Origin: Rikenellaceae bacterium
GTDB taxonomy: Bacteria > Bacteroidota > Bacteroidia > Bacteroidales > UBA932
DNA length: 64,000 bases
Reading direction: 5' to 3'
Assembly: GCA_900771335.1 (NCBI GenBank)
Contig: CAAGNP010000012.1
Span: 62,350-126,349, forward strand
Notes under the pieces: model-generated
What the model was told of the DNA's origin: nothing
The model's input: only the letters and a program-made list of their open reading frames with translations
Database searches by the model: none
Translations under genes and position numbers: made by a program
Part shown: positions 9,006 through 17,174 of the stretch, in pieces
Numbering within the stretch: the first letter of the stretch is position 1
Layout of the letters: every line of letters starts with the position of its first letter

Positions 9006-10172
9006 ATGAGAATCCTAAGATACTTGATGGCGTCCCTGTACGCCGTAGCAGTTTTGGCTGCAACATCATGTGCCCCCTCGCCGGAGAAGGCAGCCCAAAA
9101 GGAGTTTGAAGAGATTATGCTTCGCAATAAGGCCACCGGTCTTGCAGTAGTGGCAGTCAAAGATGGGCAGATAGTTTATGACAGGACTTTTGGCTACCGC
9201 GACCTGGAGAGACAGGAGCCCTGGGAGAAAGATGATGTTCTGCGCATCGCCTCGATCTCAAAATCATTTACCGCTACAGCTATCCTTCAACTTGTAGAAC
9301 AGGGCAAACTCTCTCTCGATGCCGATGTATCGGATCTGATGGGCTTTACCATCAGGAACCCTCACCATCCCGAGGTCCCCATCACCGTGAAGATGCTCCT
9401 CTCACATACATCAAGTATGAGCGATGCCAACGGCTACTTCTCATTTGACTATCTTCACCGCGAAAAATCACCCACCTGGCAAAAGGCGTGGAACAAATAC
9501 AAACCCGGAACAGGATACCAATACTGCAATTTGGGATTCAACACCCTCGGAGCCATTATTGAGAAAGTGAGTGGTGTGCGCTTCGACAAGTACATCAGCG
9601 AAAACATCCTCAAGCCTCTTGGAGTATATGCCAATCACAATGTATGCGAGCTAGACTCCACCAGATTTGTAAAGATATACACATACAGAGCCAAGGACAG
9701 CACACACAGATGGACCAGAACAGCATATGACCTGGATAAAAAGGCTCTTGACGAGTACACCATGGGATACTCCACAGCCATCTTCTCCCCTACAGGCGGA
9801 CTTAAGATCTCTGCCTCTGATCTGGCTAAGGTGATGCAGATGCACATGAACCTCGGCTCAAAAGATGGGGTAAAGATCCTCGAATCCAAGAGCTCCGAAC
9901 TTATGCAGTCTGCCCTTACCCTCACAGACCATCCAGACGAGGCATATGGTATGGCCATCATCCGCACCAATGACCTTCTTAAAGGGGTACGCCTGGTAGG
10001 ACACGACGGACTTGCTCTGGGCGCATACACAGCCATGTACTGGCATCCTGTAGAAAATTATGGCTTCGTAGTCATGACAAATGGCTGCACAGGTGCATCT
10101 GATAACCATATTTTCGCCAATATCCTCTGCGAATCCGTAGAGTGCCTTTACAAACATTTCATCGAAAAATAA
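9006..10172 (+). CDS. Serine hydrolase, beta-lactamase-family lipoprotein
   Basis: SxxK motif ASISKSFTA and lipobox ATSC. Confidence 0.8.
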   Translation: MRILRYLMASLYAVAVLAATSCAPSPEKAAQKEFEEIMLRNKATGLAVVAVKDGQIVYDRTFGYRDLERQEPWEKDDVLRIASISKSFTATAILQLVEQGKLSLDADVSDLMGFTIRNPHHPEVPITVKMLLSHTSSMSDANGYFSFDYLHREKSPTWQKAWNKYKPGTGYQYCNLGFNTLGAIIEKVSGVRFDKYISENILKPLGVYANHNVCELDSTRFVKIYTYRAKDSTHRWTRTAYDLDKKALDEYTMGYSTAIFSPTGGLKISASDLAKVMQMHMNLGSKDGVKILESKSSELMQSALTLTDHPDEAYGMAIIRTNDLLKGVRLVGHDGLALGAYTAMYWHPVENYGFVVMTNGCTGASDNHIFANILCESVECLYKHFIEK

Positions 10173-10186
10173 GCTACCTTAATATC

Positions 10187-11095
10187 ATGAGTTACTTCAC
10201 TAAAGAAAAACTTTTTTCTAAAGAATTTTTCATAACATATGCCTGGCTTGCAGGGGGATGTTTCCTCTTTGCTTTGGGCAATGTGCTATTTGCAGAACCT
10301 TACGGATTTGCCCCGGGAGGAACATACGGACTATCTATCGTTTTCCACCACCTCTTCGGATGGAGGACAGAGGTCGCCGCATTGAGTATGGATATTCCAC
10401 TGCTTATTATCGGATTCCTATTCCTGGGAGGGAAGTTCGGAATAAAGACAGTAGTCTGCACCTTCATGATACCCGTCTTTATGGGTCTAATCCACAAATT
10501 TTACGGCTTCGATGCCCTTCTGGAGCCCGGAATCAGTGATGTGGCACTACTGGAAGAACAACTCCTCTCATCTATATTCGGCGGTATAGTATATGGTGTC
10601 GGTCTGGGTATGATTTTCAAATCACGCGCCACCTCAGGGGGAAGCGACATCATCTCCATGATTCTTCACAAATACACCCATATTTCACTTGGCACACTGG
10701 TTATCATCGTGGACTGCCTTATCACACTTACCACTGTGATAGCTTTCGGCGACTGGAGGCTTCCGATGTACTCATGGATCCTTATTTTCATTGAGGGGAA
10801 GGTTATAGACCTGGTGGTAGATGGTGCGAATGTCCACAAAACCATGATGATAATATCTGATAAGACTGAAGAGGTAAGGAAAATCATCATTGAAGATATC
10901 GGACGTGGTGCCACCCTGTTCAACTGCGAAGGGGGATATAAAGGTAACTGCCGAAGAATTATATACACTGTGGTCACCCGAAGGGAGGCCGCCATCCTGC
11001 GTCACAGGATAAATGAGATCGACCCGAAGGCCTTCATAAACATAATAGATTCGAAAGAGATCTTAGGAAACGGCTTCAAACCATTGGAAGAATAG
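10187..11095 (+). CDS. YitT-family membrane protein (DUF2179 C-terminal domain)
   Basis: Multi-TM N-terminus plus a C-terminal soluble domain (MMIISDKTEEVRKIIIEDIGRGATLF...). The start was set at ATG 10187. Confidence 0.75.
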   Translation: MSYFTKEKLFSKEFFITYAWLAGGCFLFALGNVLFAEPYGFAPGGTYGLSIVFHHLFGWRTEVAALSMDIPLLIIGFLFLGGKFGIKTVVCTFMIPVFMGLIHKFYGFDALLEPGISDVALLEEQLLSSIFGGIVYGVGLGMIFKSRATSGGSDIISMILHKYTHISLGTLVIIVDCLITLTTVIAFGDWRLPMYSWILIFIEGKVIDLVVDGANVHKTMMIISDKTEEVRKIIIEDIGRGATLFNCEGGYKGNCRRIIYTVVTRREAAILRHRINEIDPKAFINIIDSKEILGNGFKPLEE

Positions 11096-11097
11096 AA

Positions 11098-11136
11098 AAC
11101 CGGCCCTGTCAATCGAGACGGGGCCGGTTCATTTTT
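11098..11136. terminator. Bidirectional terminator between convergent genes
   Basis: Stem AACCGGCCCTGTC / GACGGGGCCGGTT with one G-T pair. AAAA lies upstream and TTTTT downstream. Confidence 0.75.
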
Positions 11137-11150
11137 ATATCGGGAGCAGA

Positions 11151-13181
11151 TTACCAGATAATCACCCTCTCCTCCACAGGAAGGAACATGGCACCATCTG
11201 TAATGCCGAATGCCTTGTGGAACGACTCGATATTGCGCAGGGTAGCATTTACACGGTTTTTGCCAAGTGAGTGTACATCCACTTTTGTAAGGCGTGCAGC
11301 CTCCTCGTCGCGGATATTCTGACCCCAGATGGTAGCGTAAGAGAGGTAGAATCTCTGATCTGCAGTAAAGCCATCTACAGGTGCAGGCTCACCCTTACCC
11401 TCGAATGAGTTGTGAAGGGCTGTATAAGCTACTCGAAGACCACCCTGGTCAGCGATATTCTCACCAAGCGAAAGGGCCCCGTCTGCCATCACTGCAGGCT
11501 GGTCACCTTTTGCAGGGAGGATCTCGATCTTGTTGAATTGCTCTACAAGGACATCTGTACGAACCTTGAATGCTGCAGCATCCTCTTCTGTCCACCAGTT
11601 GTTCATATTACCATCCTTATCGAACTGGCGACCCTGGTCATCGAAGCCGTGAGTCATTTCGTGGCCGATAACCACGCCGATAGCACCATAGTTTACAGCA
11701 TCATCAGCAGCCGAATTGTAGAATGGTGGCTGAAGGATAGCTGCAGGGAAGCAGATCTCATTGGTGGTAGGGTTGTAGTATGCATTCACAGTCTGTGGAG
11801 ACATGAACCACTTGGTGCGGTCCACCTCTTTGCCGAGTTCTGAAAGATTGTCGGCGGTATACCATGCTGTTGCACGCTTGATGTTCTCCCAATAAGACAC
11901 AGATGGGTCTATAGTCAGAGACGAATAGTCTTTCCATGTATCGGGATAACCGATCTTCACAGTAAATGTATTGAGCTTCTCCATTGCCTTAGCTTTGGTA
12001 ACATCCGACATCCACTCAAGGGCCTGGATATGCTGACCAAGTGCTGTCTGAAGATTCTTCACCATTTGAGTCATACGCACCTTGTCGCTCTCAGGGAAGT
12101 ATTTCTTCACATAGATCTCACCCACTGCCTCACCCAAAAGATTGTTAGGTACAGCCATGGCACGTTTCCATCTTGGACGCATCTCCTGCTGGCCAGACAT
12201 CTGACGGCCGAAGAAATCAAAGTATGCAGCATAGAGTTCGTCACCGGTATAACCTGCTGCGCTTGATATCACACTTGCAGCCATATATGCCTTCACTGTC
12301 TCGATATCCTCTTTAGCAAAAAGCTTGAACACTACATCCAAAACCTCTGGCTGACCTACGATTATCTTGTCGAACTCACCGATACCCATTTGTGAGAAAT
12401 ATGCAGCCCAGTCAAATTTTGAGTAGCGTTTGAGGAATTGGGCTTTGGTCATAGGGTTGTAGTTTGCAGGGACGTCACGAAGCTCTACATTTGAGCGGAA
12501 AGCCTTTGCCATCTTGGTCTCGAATGCCAATACCTTCTCTGCCTTGGCTGCAGCATCTTCCCAGCCAAGCATAGAGAACGCTTTGGTAAGCCATTGGGTA
12601 TAGCCCTCGCGTTTTGTTTTGTTCTCCGCATCCAGATAATAGTCACGATTGCCCATTCCAAGTCCTGACTGGTCGATATAAAGGACATTGATATTGCTGT
12701 TAAGCAAATCTGCACTTACATATACACCAAAAAGTGGATTGCCTGCATAAGTGTGGATAAGTGCTGTAGCGGTAGCCAGTTGTGAAAGCTCCTTGGCAGC
12801 CATAAGTCTCTCCACATCACTCTTTACAGGGGCAATACCTTCATTATTCAGACGCGCAGAGTCCAGACCCATAGTGTATAGATCCGCGATCTTCTGATCT
12901 ACTGTTCCTGCCTCGAACTCTGAGCCGGCGATAGATGCGAAAAGTTCGTTGAGACGGATCTCATTATTCTCGCGAAGCTGGTCAAAGGTGCCGTAGCGGG
13001 CAAATTCTGGTTTCAATGGATTTTTTGCCTGCCAGCCACCTGTGGCATACTGGTAAAAATCCTCATTAAGAGCAACACTCTCATCGAAGTTGGCTCTGTC
13101 GATAGCAGGTACACCTGCCTGTTTGGTATTACAACTTGCCATAAGAGCAATAGTTGAAAGGGTTAGTAATAACTTTTTCAT
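11151..13181 (-). CDS. pepO: M13-family zinc metallopeptidase (PepO / endothelin-converting-enzyme-like) lipoprotein
   Basis: HEMTHGFD (HExxH) and ENIADQGG motifs, with lipobox MASC. The start was set at MKKLLL (13181). Confidence 0.9.
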   Translation of the reverse strand: MKKLLLTLSTIALMASCNTKQAGVPAIDRANFDESVALNEDFYQYATGGWQAKNPLKPEFARYGTFDQLRENNEIRLNELFASIAGSEFEAGTVDQKIADLYTMGLDSARLNNEGIAPVKSDVERLMAAKELSQLATATALIHTYAGNPLFGVYVSADLLNSNINVLYIDQSGLGMGNRDYYLDAENKTKREGYTQWLTKAFSMLGWEDAAAKAEKVLAFETKMAKAFRSNVELRDVPANYNPMTKAQFLKRYSKFDWAAYFSQMGIGEFDKIIVGQPEVLDVVFKLFAKEDIETVKAYMAASVISSAAGYTGDELYAAYFDFFGRQMSGQQEMRPRWKRAMAVPNNLLGEAVGEIYVKKYFPESDKVRMTQMVKNLQTALGQHIQALEWMSDVTKAKAMEKLNTFTVKIGYPDTWKDYSSLTIDPSVSYWENIKRATAWYTADNLSELGKEVDRTKWFMSPQTVNAYYNPTTNEICFPAAILQPPFYNSAADDAVNYGAIGVVIGHEMTHGFDDQGRQFDKDGNMNNWWTEEDAAAFKVRTDVLVEQFNKIEILPAKGDQPAVMADGALSLGENIADQGGLRVAYTALHNSFEGKGEPAPVDGFTADQRFYLSYATIWGQNIRDEEAARLTKVDVHSLGKNRVNATLRNIESFHKAFGITDGAMFLPVEERVIIW

Positions 13182-13196
13182 TATATTGAACAATTG

Positions 13197-13568
13197 TTAT
13201 TTAGACATAAACTCTATCACTGTACCCTCTGCTCTATAAGTCACTTGGGTATATACACCAAGGAAAGTTTTGCAGTAAGTCTTGACAGTAATATTAATAA
13301 GTGCTTGTGAACCTTGAAGATTTGCTTTAGCAGTAAGTTCTGCTACAGCGTTAGCCTCAAGAGATTTTTTATTCAATCCGCCAATACCGAAAATATAGGT
13401 TTGTGAAACCTCTGCTGATACAGTATTAACAACTTTGAAATTGTCTTGAGATAGAACAACAGTAGTCTCATTAAGGTTTGCATTTGATGTCATAGGTATA
13501 GAAACTCCACAACTTGTCACCAAAAGAGCTGCTGCAAAAAGTGTCACGATAAGTTTAATGATTTTCAT
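13197..13568 (-). CDS. Small lipoprotein of unknown function
   Basis: Signal peptide with lipobox VTSC. The stop lies 15 nt upstream of the pepO start at 13181 (3 nt from the alternative ATG at 13193), so it is probably co-transcribed. Confidence 0.6.
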   Translation of the reverse strand: MKIIKLIVTLFAAALLVTSCGVSIPMTSNANLNETTVVLSQDNFKVVNTVSAEVSQTYIFGIGGLNKKSLEANAVAELTAKANLQGSQALINITVKTYCKTFLGVYTQVTYRAEGTVIEFMSK

Positions 13569-13661
13569 AACTGAAACCTTGTAAAATTAATTGATTTACG
13601 AATTTTAAGCCGCAAAGGTAAAAAAAATCTCCACTCCTCAGAACTGAACAAATGTGATTTT

Positions 13662-14526
13662 ATGAATATGTATCGCCATTATTGCAGAAATGATGAAACT
13701 ATATTTTTAAATTTCAATGAGGATTTCCAAAATTCAGTTTTTATTTCTCAGTCTCAACACCATAGCCTTGGTTTTGCGACACATATACCCGATTATTGTG
13801 ACGATTATTTTTGTTCTAAACCTTTAATAGTATCGCAAAACAAATCCATCAAACTGGACCTCAGATGTGAAGATGAGGATGGTACTTCTTTCATCATAGA
13901 TGATGCAGAAGTACGATCAGGAAAATTTCTTCAAAAGGTGTGTATCCTACAGTTCTAAAGTGTACGACATCAAAAACACAAAAGGGGACAGAGATTATGA
14001 TATCCCTCCGGTATATCTGATAGGTATTCTGGCTGTGGATTGCTTTGAAAGAAGTTCCGAATGGTGGAGAGGGAGATTTATATCCGACTACACTTTCAGA
14101 GAAAAATCTACAGGAGAGATAGTTTGTGAGACTATTTCTCTTATCTTTGTAGAACTGAAGAGGTTTGACAAGCCCCTTGAAGAGTGTAAGGACATTATAG
14201 ACAAATGGTGTTATGCACTAAAATATATGTCCAGACTGGATGAACTCCCTTCTGAATTACAGAACAGGGTATTCAAGAAACTCTTCAAAGCTGCTGAAAT
14301 CGCCCACTTCAGTACTGAAAAACGTAATATATACCAACACGAGATGATTACCGAAAGAGACGAAATCAATATCCGCAGAACAGCTGAAAAGAGAGCTCGT
14401 GCTGAAGGTCGTACTGAAGGAAGACTTGAAGTGTCTAAAAAAATGATTGAAAACGGTATGTCCATCGATGAAGTTGTCAAATATACCGGTATCCCTATAG
14501 AAGAGATCTCTTCTGAAATAGAATAG
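13662..14526 (+). pseudogene. Rpn / PD-(D/E)XK nuclease-family transposase-like gene, frameshifted
   Basis: Two overlapping ORFs sit in different frames. The family core LDLRCEDEDGTSFII(E)MQKYDQENFFKR is split by one extra nt near 13899-13902, with a TAG at 13897 in the downstream frame. The C-terminus (AEKRARAEGRTEGRLEVSKKMIENGMSIDEVVKYTGIPIEEI) is typical of the family. The N-terminus is not recognisable. Confidence 0.6.
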
Positions 14527-14581
14527 TATTAGCACTTCTGAGAAGGGTCAATGAATTAATGATTTGCTGGAGCTACATGGC

Positions 14582-14657
14582 AAAGGGATTGGGGCTCTGC
14601 CATTCCCTAAAGGGATTGAGGCTCTGCCATTCCCTAAAGGGACTGGGCCTCCGGCAG
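14582..14657. repeat. 27-bp tandem repeat, 2.8 copies, each unit a potential hairpin
   Basis: The units are AAAGGGATTGGGGCTCTGCCATTCCCT, AAAGGGATTGAGGCTCTGCCATTCCCT and a partial AAAGGGACTGGGCCTCCGGCAG. AGGGATTG and CATTCCCT are near-complementary. Confidence 0.85.
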
Positions 14658-14719
14658 TTAAGAACAATTTTTCTGGCCTCACTATTATATAATTATTTGC
14701 TTCATCAAGAAGACATTGA

Positions 14720-14727
14720 TAACTTTG
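14720..14727 (+). promoter_or_regulatory. -7 box (TAACTTTG) for the orphan 159-aa gene
   Basis: TAnnTTTG 26 nt upstream of the ATG at 14753. Confidence 0.45.
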
Positions 14728-14752
14728 TTGCCGTAAATAATATCTCATAATT

Positions 14753-15232
14753 ATGGAGACAGAGTATTGGGTGGATGAGGAGTTCGGGGAACGTCTCATG
14801 ATAAGCATTAAAGCTGATTTAAAAGATTTGAATAGCAATATTAGGGCTGCCAAAGCTATTCTAAGCTCATACTATGAAGTAAGCATCCGAATTAACCCAC
14901 ACTCATACGCTTTTGGGCACAAGAATCCTGAGTACACAATATGTGAAATACTGGGTGACAGAAAAGGTATCATGAGTGAAAAAGGGGTTACTGCCGGATT
15001 CAAGTCTGCCAAAAAACAAGGGTGCAAAATTGTCGTCATAGATCTTGATGAAAATGTTATGCACCTTGACTCATTCTCGCTATCCAAATATATATCAAGA
15101 AGGAAGTATGACTTTACATCAGGTATGATTACGGATTGCTATGTCGTATTTAATGGAAAATCGGTAAGACTCAACGCCAGATATCAAACCAGAAGGGAAA
15201 TTGAGAGTAAACTTGAAACACTAAGGCCGTAA
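14753..15232 (+). CDS. Hypothetical protein (orphan, 159 aa)
   Basis: Clean ATG ORF with its own -7 box and a 12-bp perfect hairpin spanning the stop codon. No family was recognised. It has a weak PD-(D/E)XK-like pattern (NPEYTICEILGDRKG). Confidence 0.55.
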   Translation: METEYWVDEEFGERLMISIKADLKDLNSNIRAAKAILSSYYEVSIRINPHSYAFGHKNPEYTICEILGDRKGIMSEKGVTAGFKSAKKQGCKIVVIDLDENVMHLDSFSLSKYISRRKYDFTSGMITDCYVVFNGKSVRLNARYQTRREIESKLETLRP

Positions 15233-15252
15233 GCTATTAACTTACGGCCTTA
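15222..15252. terminator. 12-bp perfect hairpin overlapping the stop codon of the orphan gene
   Basis: TAAGGCCGTAAG-ctattaa-CTTACGGCCTTA. Only a weak U-tract follows on either strand. Confidence 0.5.
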
Positions 15253-15384
15253 TAAAATTAGACGGCTGCGGAGCTTGATGTTATCTCGCCTATATGCAAC
15301 TCTCATCTTCTCTTGCAAAAATAAATATTTATCAACAACAAACAAAATATTGGTCAACATAGGTGGATTGTGCTCGCACTGCAT

Positions 15385-15432
15385 GCTGGCATTCCCTCAC
15401 GCTCCCGCGGAGTCCGGTCAGAGCCAGATGCA
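15385..15432. repeat. 48-bp direct repeat, copy A
   Basis: GCTGGCATTCCCTCACGCTCCCGCGGAGTCCGGTCAGAGCCAGATGCA. It is identical to 15680-15727 except at one position (A15411 vs G15706). Confidence 0.9.
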
Positions 15433-15640
15433 ATACGAACGGCATGTTCTATAGTTGCTCACATCTTCCAAGAAAGTAGTATCTTCCAAGAGAGTGGCGC
15501 AGTGAATGCACTCCAGAGGGTCCTACAGTGTGGTTATGATGCGCCACTCGTAGGGTTTCTTTACGGGTGGTGCAAGAGATGTGGTCTGGATGATGATGTG
15601 GTGGGTATTTGGTGCGCCACTGTCTTGAGATGGAGAAAAA

Positions 15641-15692
15641 GCGGGATTGAGCCGCTGGCATTCCCTGCGGGATTGGGCCGCTGGCATTCCCT
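15641..15692. repeat. 26-bp tandem repeat (2 copies), related to the 27-bp units at 14582
   Basis: GCGGGATTGAGCCGCTGGCATTCCCT / GCGGGATTGGGCCGCTGGCATTCCCT. These share the GGGATTGRG...CATTCCCT core with the upstream array. Confidence 0.85.
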
Positions 15693-15727
15693 CACGCTCC
15701 CGCGGGGTCCGGTCAGAGCCAGATGCA
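15680..15727. repeat. 48-bp direct repeat, copy B
   Basis: See copy A. Its 5' end overlaps the second 26-bp unit. Confidence 0.9.
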
Positions 15728-15844
15728 TTGCTAACAACTTATTTTGGGCCACTTAGAATATTTCTCACATACAGCTCAGATGCCTACGGCATCCGCGGCA
15801 TTTTCTGTTTATCACATCGCTCGAGCAAGCTCGGCGCTGCTATA

Positions 15845-15876
15845 AACAAAAAACGCCCAGTGCTTCGCACTGAGCT
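15845..15876 (-). terminator. Possible second minus-strand terminator
   Basis: Short stem CAGTGC/GCACTG. On the minus strand it is followed by GGCG and then TTTTTTGTTT. Confidence 0.35.
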
Positions 15877-15899
15877 GCATGTTCGAATCCCTCTCGAAA

Positions 15900-15927
15900 C
15901 AAAAAAGCCGATGCGTTTGCATCGGCT
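15900..15927 (-). terminator. Rho-independent terminator of tRNA-Ser
   Basis: Stem AGCCGATGC/GCATCGGCT with loop GTTT. A minus-strand T6 run follows directly, 4 nt after the tRNA 3' end. Confidence 0.8.
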
Positions 15928-15930
15928 TTG

Positions 15931-16015
15931 CGGAGAGAGAGGGATTCGAACCCCCGAACCCGTTAAGGTCAACGGTTTTCAAGACCGCCGCATTCGACCA
16001 CTCTGCCATCTCTCC
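15931..16015 (-). tRNA. tRNA-Ser (anticodon UGA), long variable arm, no encoded CCA
   Basis: The reverse complement is GGAGAGATGGCAGAGTGGTCGAATGCGGCGGTCTTGAAAACCGTTGACCTTAACGGGTTCGGGGGTTCGAATCCCTCTCTCTCCG. The acceptor is GGAGAGA/TCTCTCC, the anticodon loop is CTTGAAA, and the discriminator is G. Confidence 0.9.
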
Positions 16016-16033
16016 ATTTCCCGTTTGGGACTG

Positions 16034-16041
16034 CAAAAGTA
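16034..16041 (-). promoter_or_regulatory. -7 box (TACTTTTG) for tRNA-Ser
   Basis: Minus-strand TAnnTTTG 19 nt upstream of the tRNA 5' end. Confidence 0.5.
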
Positions 16042-16074
16042 GAAATAATTCTCTATTCTGCAAAAAATATTGCA

Positions 16075-16695
16075 TTATTTTTCAGAAAAGAATTTCCAGT
16101 GAAATATTAAAAGGTAAAATGCACCTACTGTTATGCACGAATCTGCGAAGTTGAAGATAGGTCTGAAGAATACCAGACTGTCTCCACCTATAAATGGAAC
16201 CCACTCCGGCCATGTGGTGTCAATCAATGGGAAGAAGAGCATATCCACCACTTTTCCCAAGAAAAATGGAGCATATCCCCCACCCTCCGGAAGGAACTGT
16301 GCTACTTGCAGCATAGTTGACTCTCCAAACAGAATACCGTAAAACATGCAGTCCAGGATATTGCCCAGAGCACCTACCATTACCATCATTATACCTACAC
16401 AGACCCCCATTGGGACCTCGGAACCTTTCTTCAGCAGTTTTCTAAGGTAGATGATCATCACTATCACCAGAACGATTCTAAGAATAGTAAGGAAATATTT
16501 CCCTATGCTTCCGCCGAACTCCATTCCGAACGCCATCCCTGGGTTCTCTATAAAAAGAATTTGGAACCAATCCCCCAAGACAGAGATTGATTCCCCTATA
16601 GTCATATTGGTTTTGACCAGGATTTTGGATACCTGGTCAATAACCAATAATATTGCCGCTATAATTGTTAGTTTATGACCTCTATTGAGTGCCAT
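16075..16695 (-). CDS. lspA: Lipoprotein signal peptidase II
   Basis: Four-TM protein with the conserved IFNFADS Asp motif, in the ileS-lspA operon context. Confidence 0.9.
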   Translation of the reverse strand: MALNRGHKLTIIAAILLVIDQVSKILVKTNMTIGESISVLGDWFQILFIENPGMAFGMEFGGSIGKYFLTILRIVLVIVMIIYLRKLLKKGSEVPMGVCVGIMMVMVGALGNILDCMFYGILFGESTMLQVAQFLPEGGGYAPFFLGKVVDMLFFPLIDTTWPEWVPFIGGDSLVFFRPIFNFADSCITVGAFYLLIFHWKFFSEK

Positions 16696-16703
16696 TCTAT
16701 CTA

Positions 16704-17111
16704 TTATTTGTTCGAGTTTAGTTTTGCCTCCACTGACAATGTAGCGTGTGGCACCAATTTCAATCTCTCCTTAGGGATAAGCTTGCCGGTCTCCCTGCAA
16801 ACGCCATAAGTTTTGTTCTCAATACGGATTAGGGCCGCTTCAAGTGACTGGATAAATTTAGCCTGTCTTTGAGCCAATTGTCCACTCTCCTCTTTTGACA
16901 ATGCAGATGCTCCCTCTTCCAATACTTTAAATGTAGGTGAAGTATCCTCAGTGTCATTGCTGGTACTGTGGGTTACAGCTGCCTTAAGGTGAGCATAGTC
17001 ATCTCTCGCTTTCTCGAGCTTCTGAAGGATCAACTCCTTGAACTCCTGTAGTTCTTCATCGCTATAGCGTACCTTTTCTAGAACTTGATCGCTGTTGTTA
17101 CTAGTAGCCAT
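16704..17111 (-). CDS. DksA/TraR-family protein (zinc finger degenerate)
   Basis: Coiled-coil N-terminus plus a C-terminal YGVCRETGKLIPKERL segment. Only one Cys of the usual C4 set is visible. Confidence 0.7.
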   Translation of the reverse strand: MATSNNSDQVLEKVRYSDEELQEFKELILQKLEKARDDYAHLKAAVTHSTSNDTEDTSPTFKVLEEGASALSKEESGQLAQRQAKFIQSLEAALIRIENKTYGVCRETGKLIPKERLKLVPHATLSVEAKLNSNK

Positions 17112-17174
17112 AATTATTATATTTTATTATTAAGAATATGTAAATATAGTAATTTTTTTACATATTTCTTATTG

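Noticed and set aside
14582-14657. Possible CRISPR array
   Set aside because: The repeats are directly adjacent with no spacers. There are only 2.8 copies and no cas genes in the window.
14548-14853. ORFs on both strands (14559-14750 + and 14548-14853 -) with 9-aa peptide repeats (KGLxLCHSL / GNGRAxIPL)
   Set aside because: They are kept open only by the 27-bp (9-codon) tandem DNA repeat. They have no sensible start context and overlap each other and the orphan gene, so they are treated as non-coding repeat.
15233-15930. Known structured RNAs (tmRNA, RNase P RNA, SRP RNA, 6S) in the 700-bp non-coding region
   Set aside because: None of the signature sequences I know is present: the RNase P P4 GAGGAAAGTCC block, the SRP GGAA domain IV motif, and a tmRNA tag ORF with a proper tRNA-like 3' end ending in CCA. 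The TTCGAATCC fragment lacks a paired T stem.
15370-16075. ORFs 15370-15756 (+), 15647-16042 (+), 15812-16075 (-) and 15879-16154 (+)
   Set aside because: They run through direct repeats, terminator hairpins and the tRNA-Ser gene itself. They use non-ATG starts and have an Arg/Ser/Pro-rich composition typical of GC-rich non-coding DNA.
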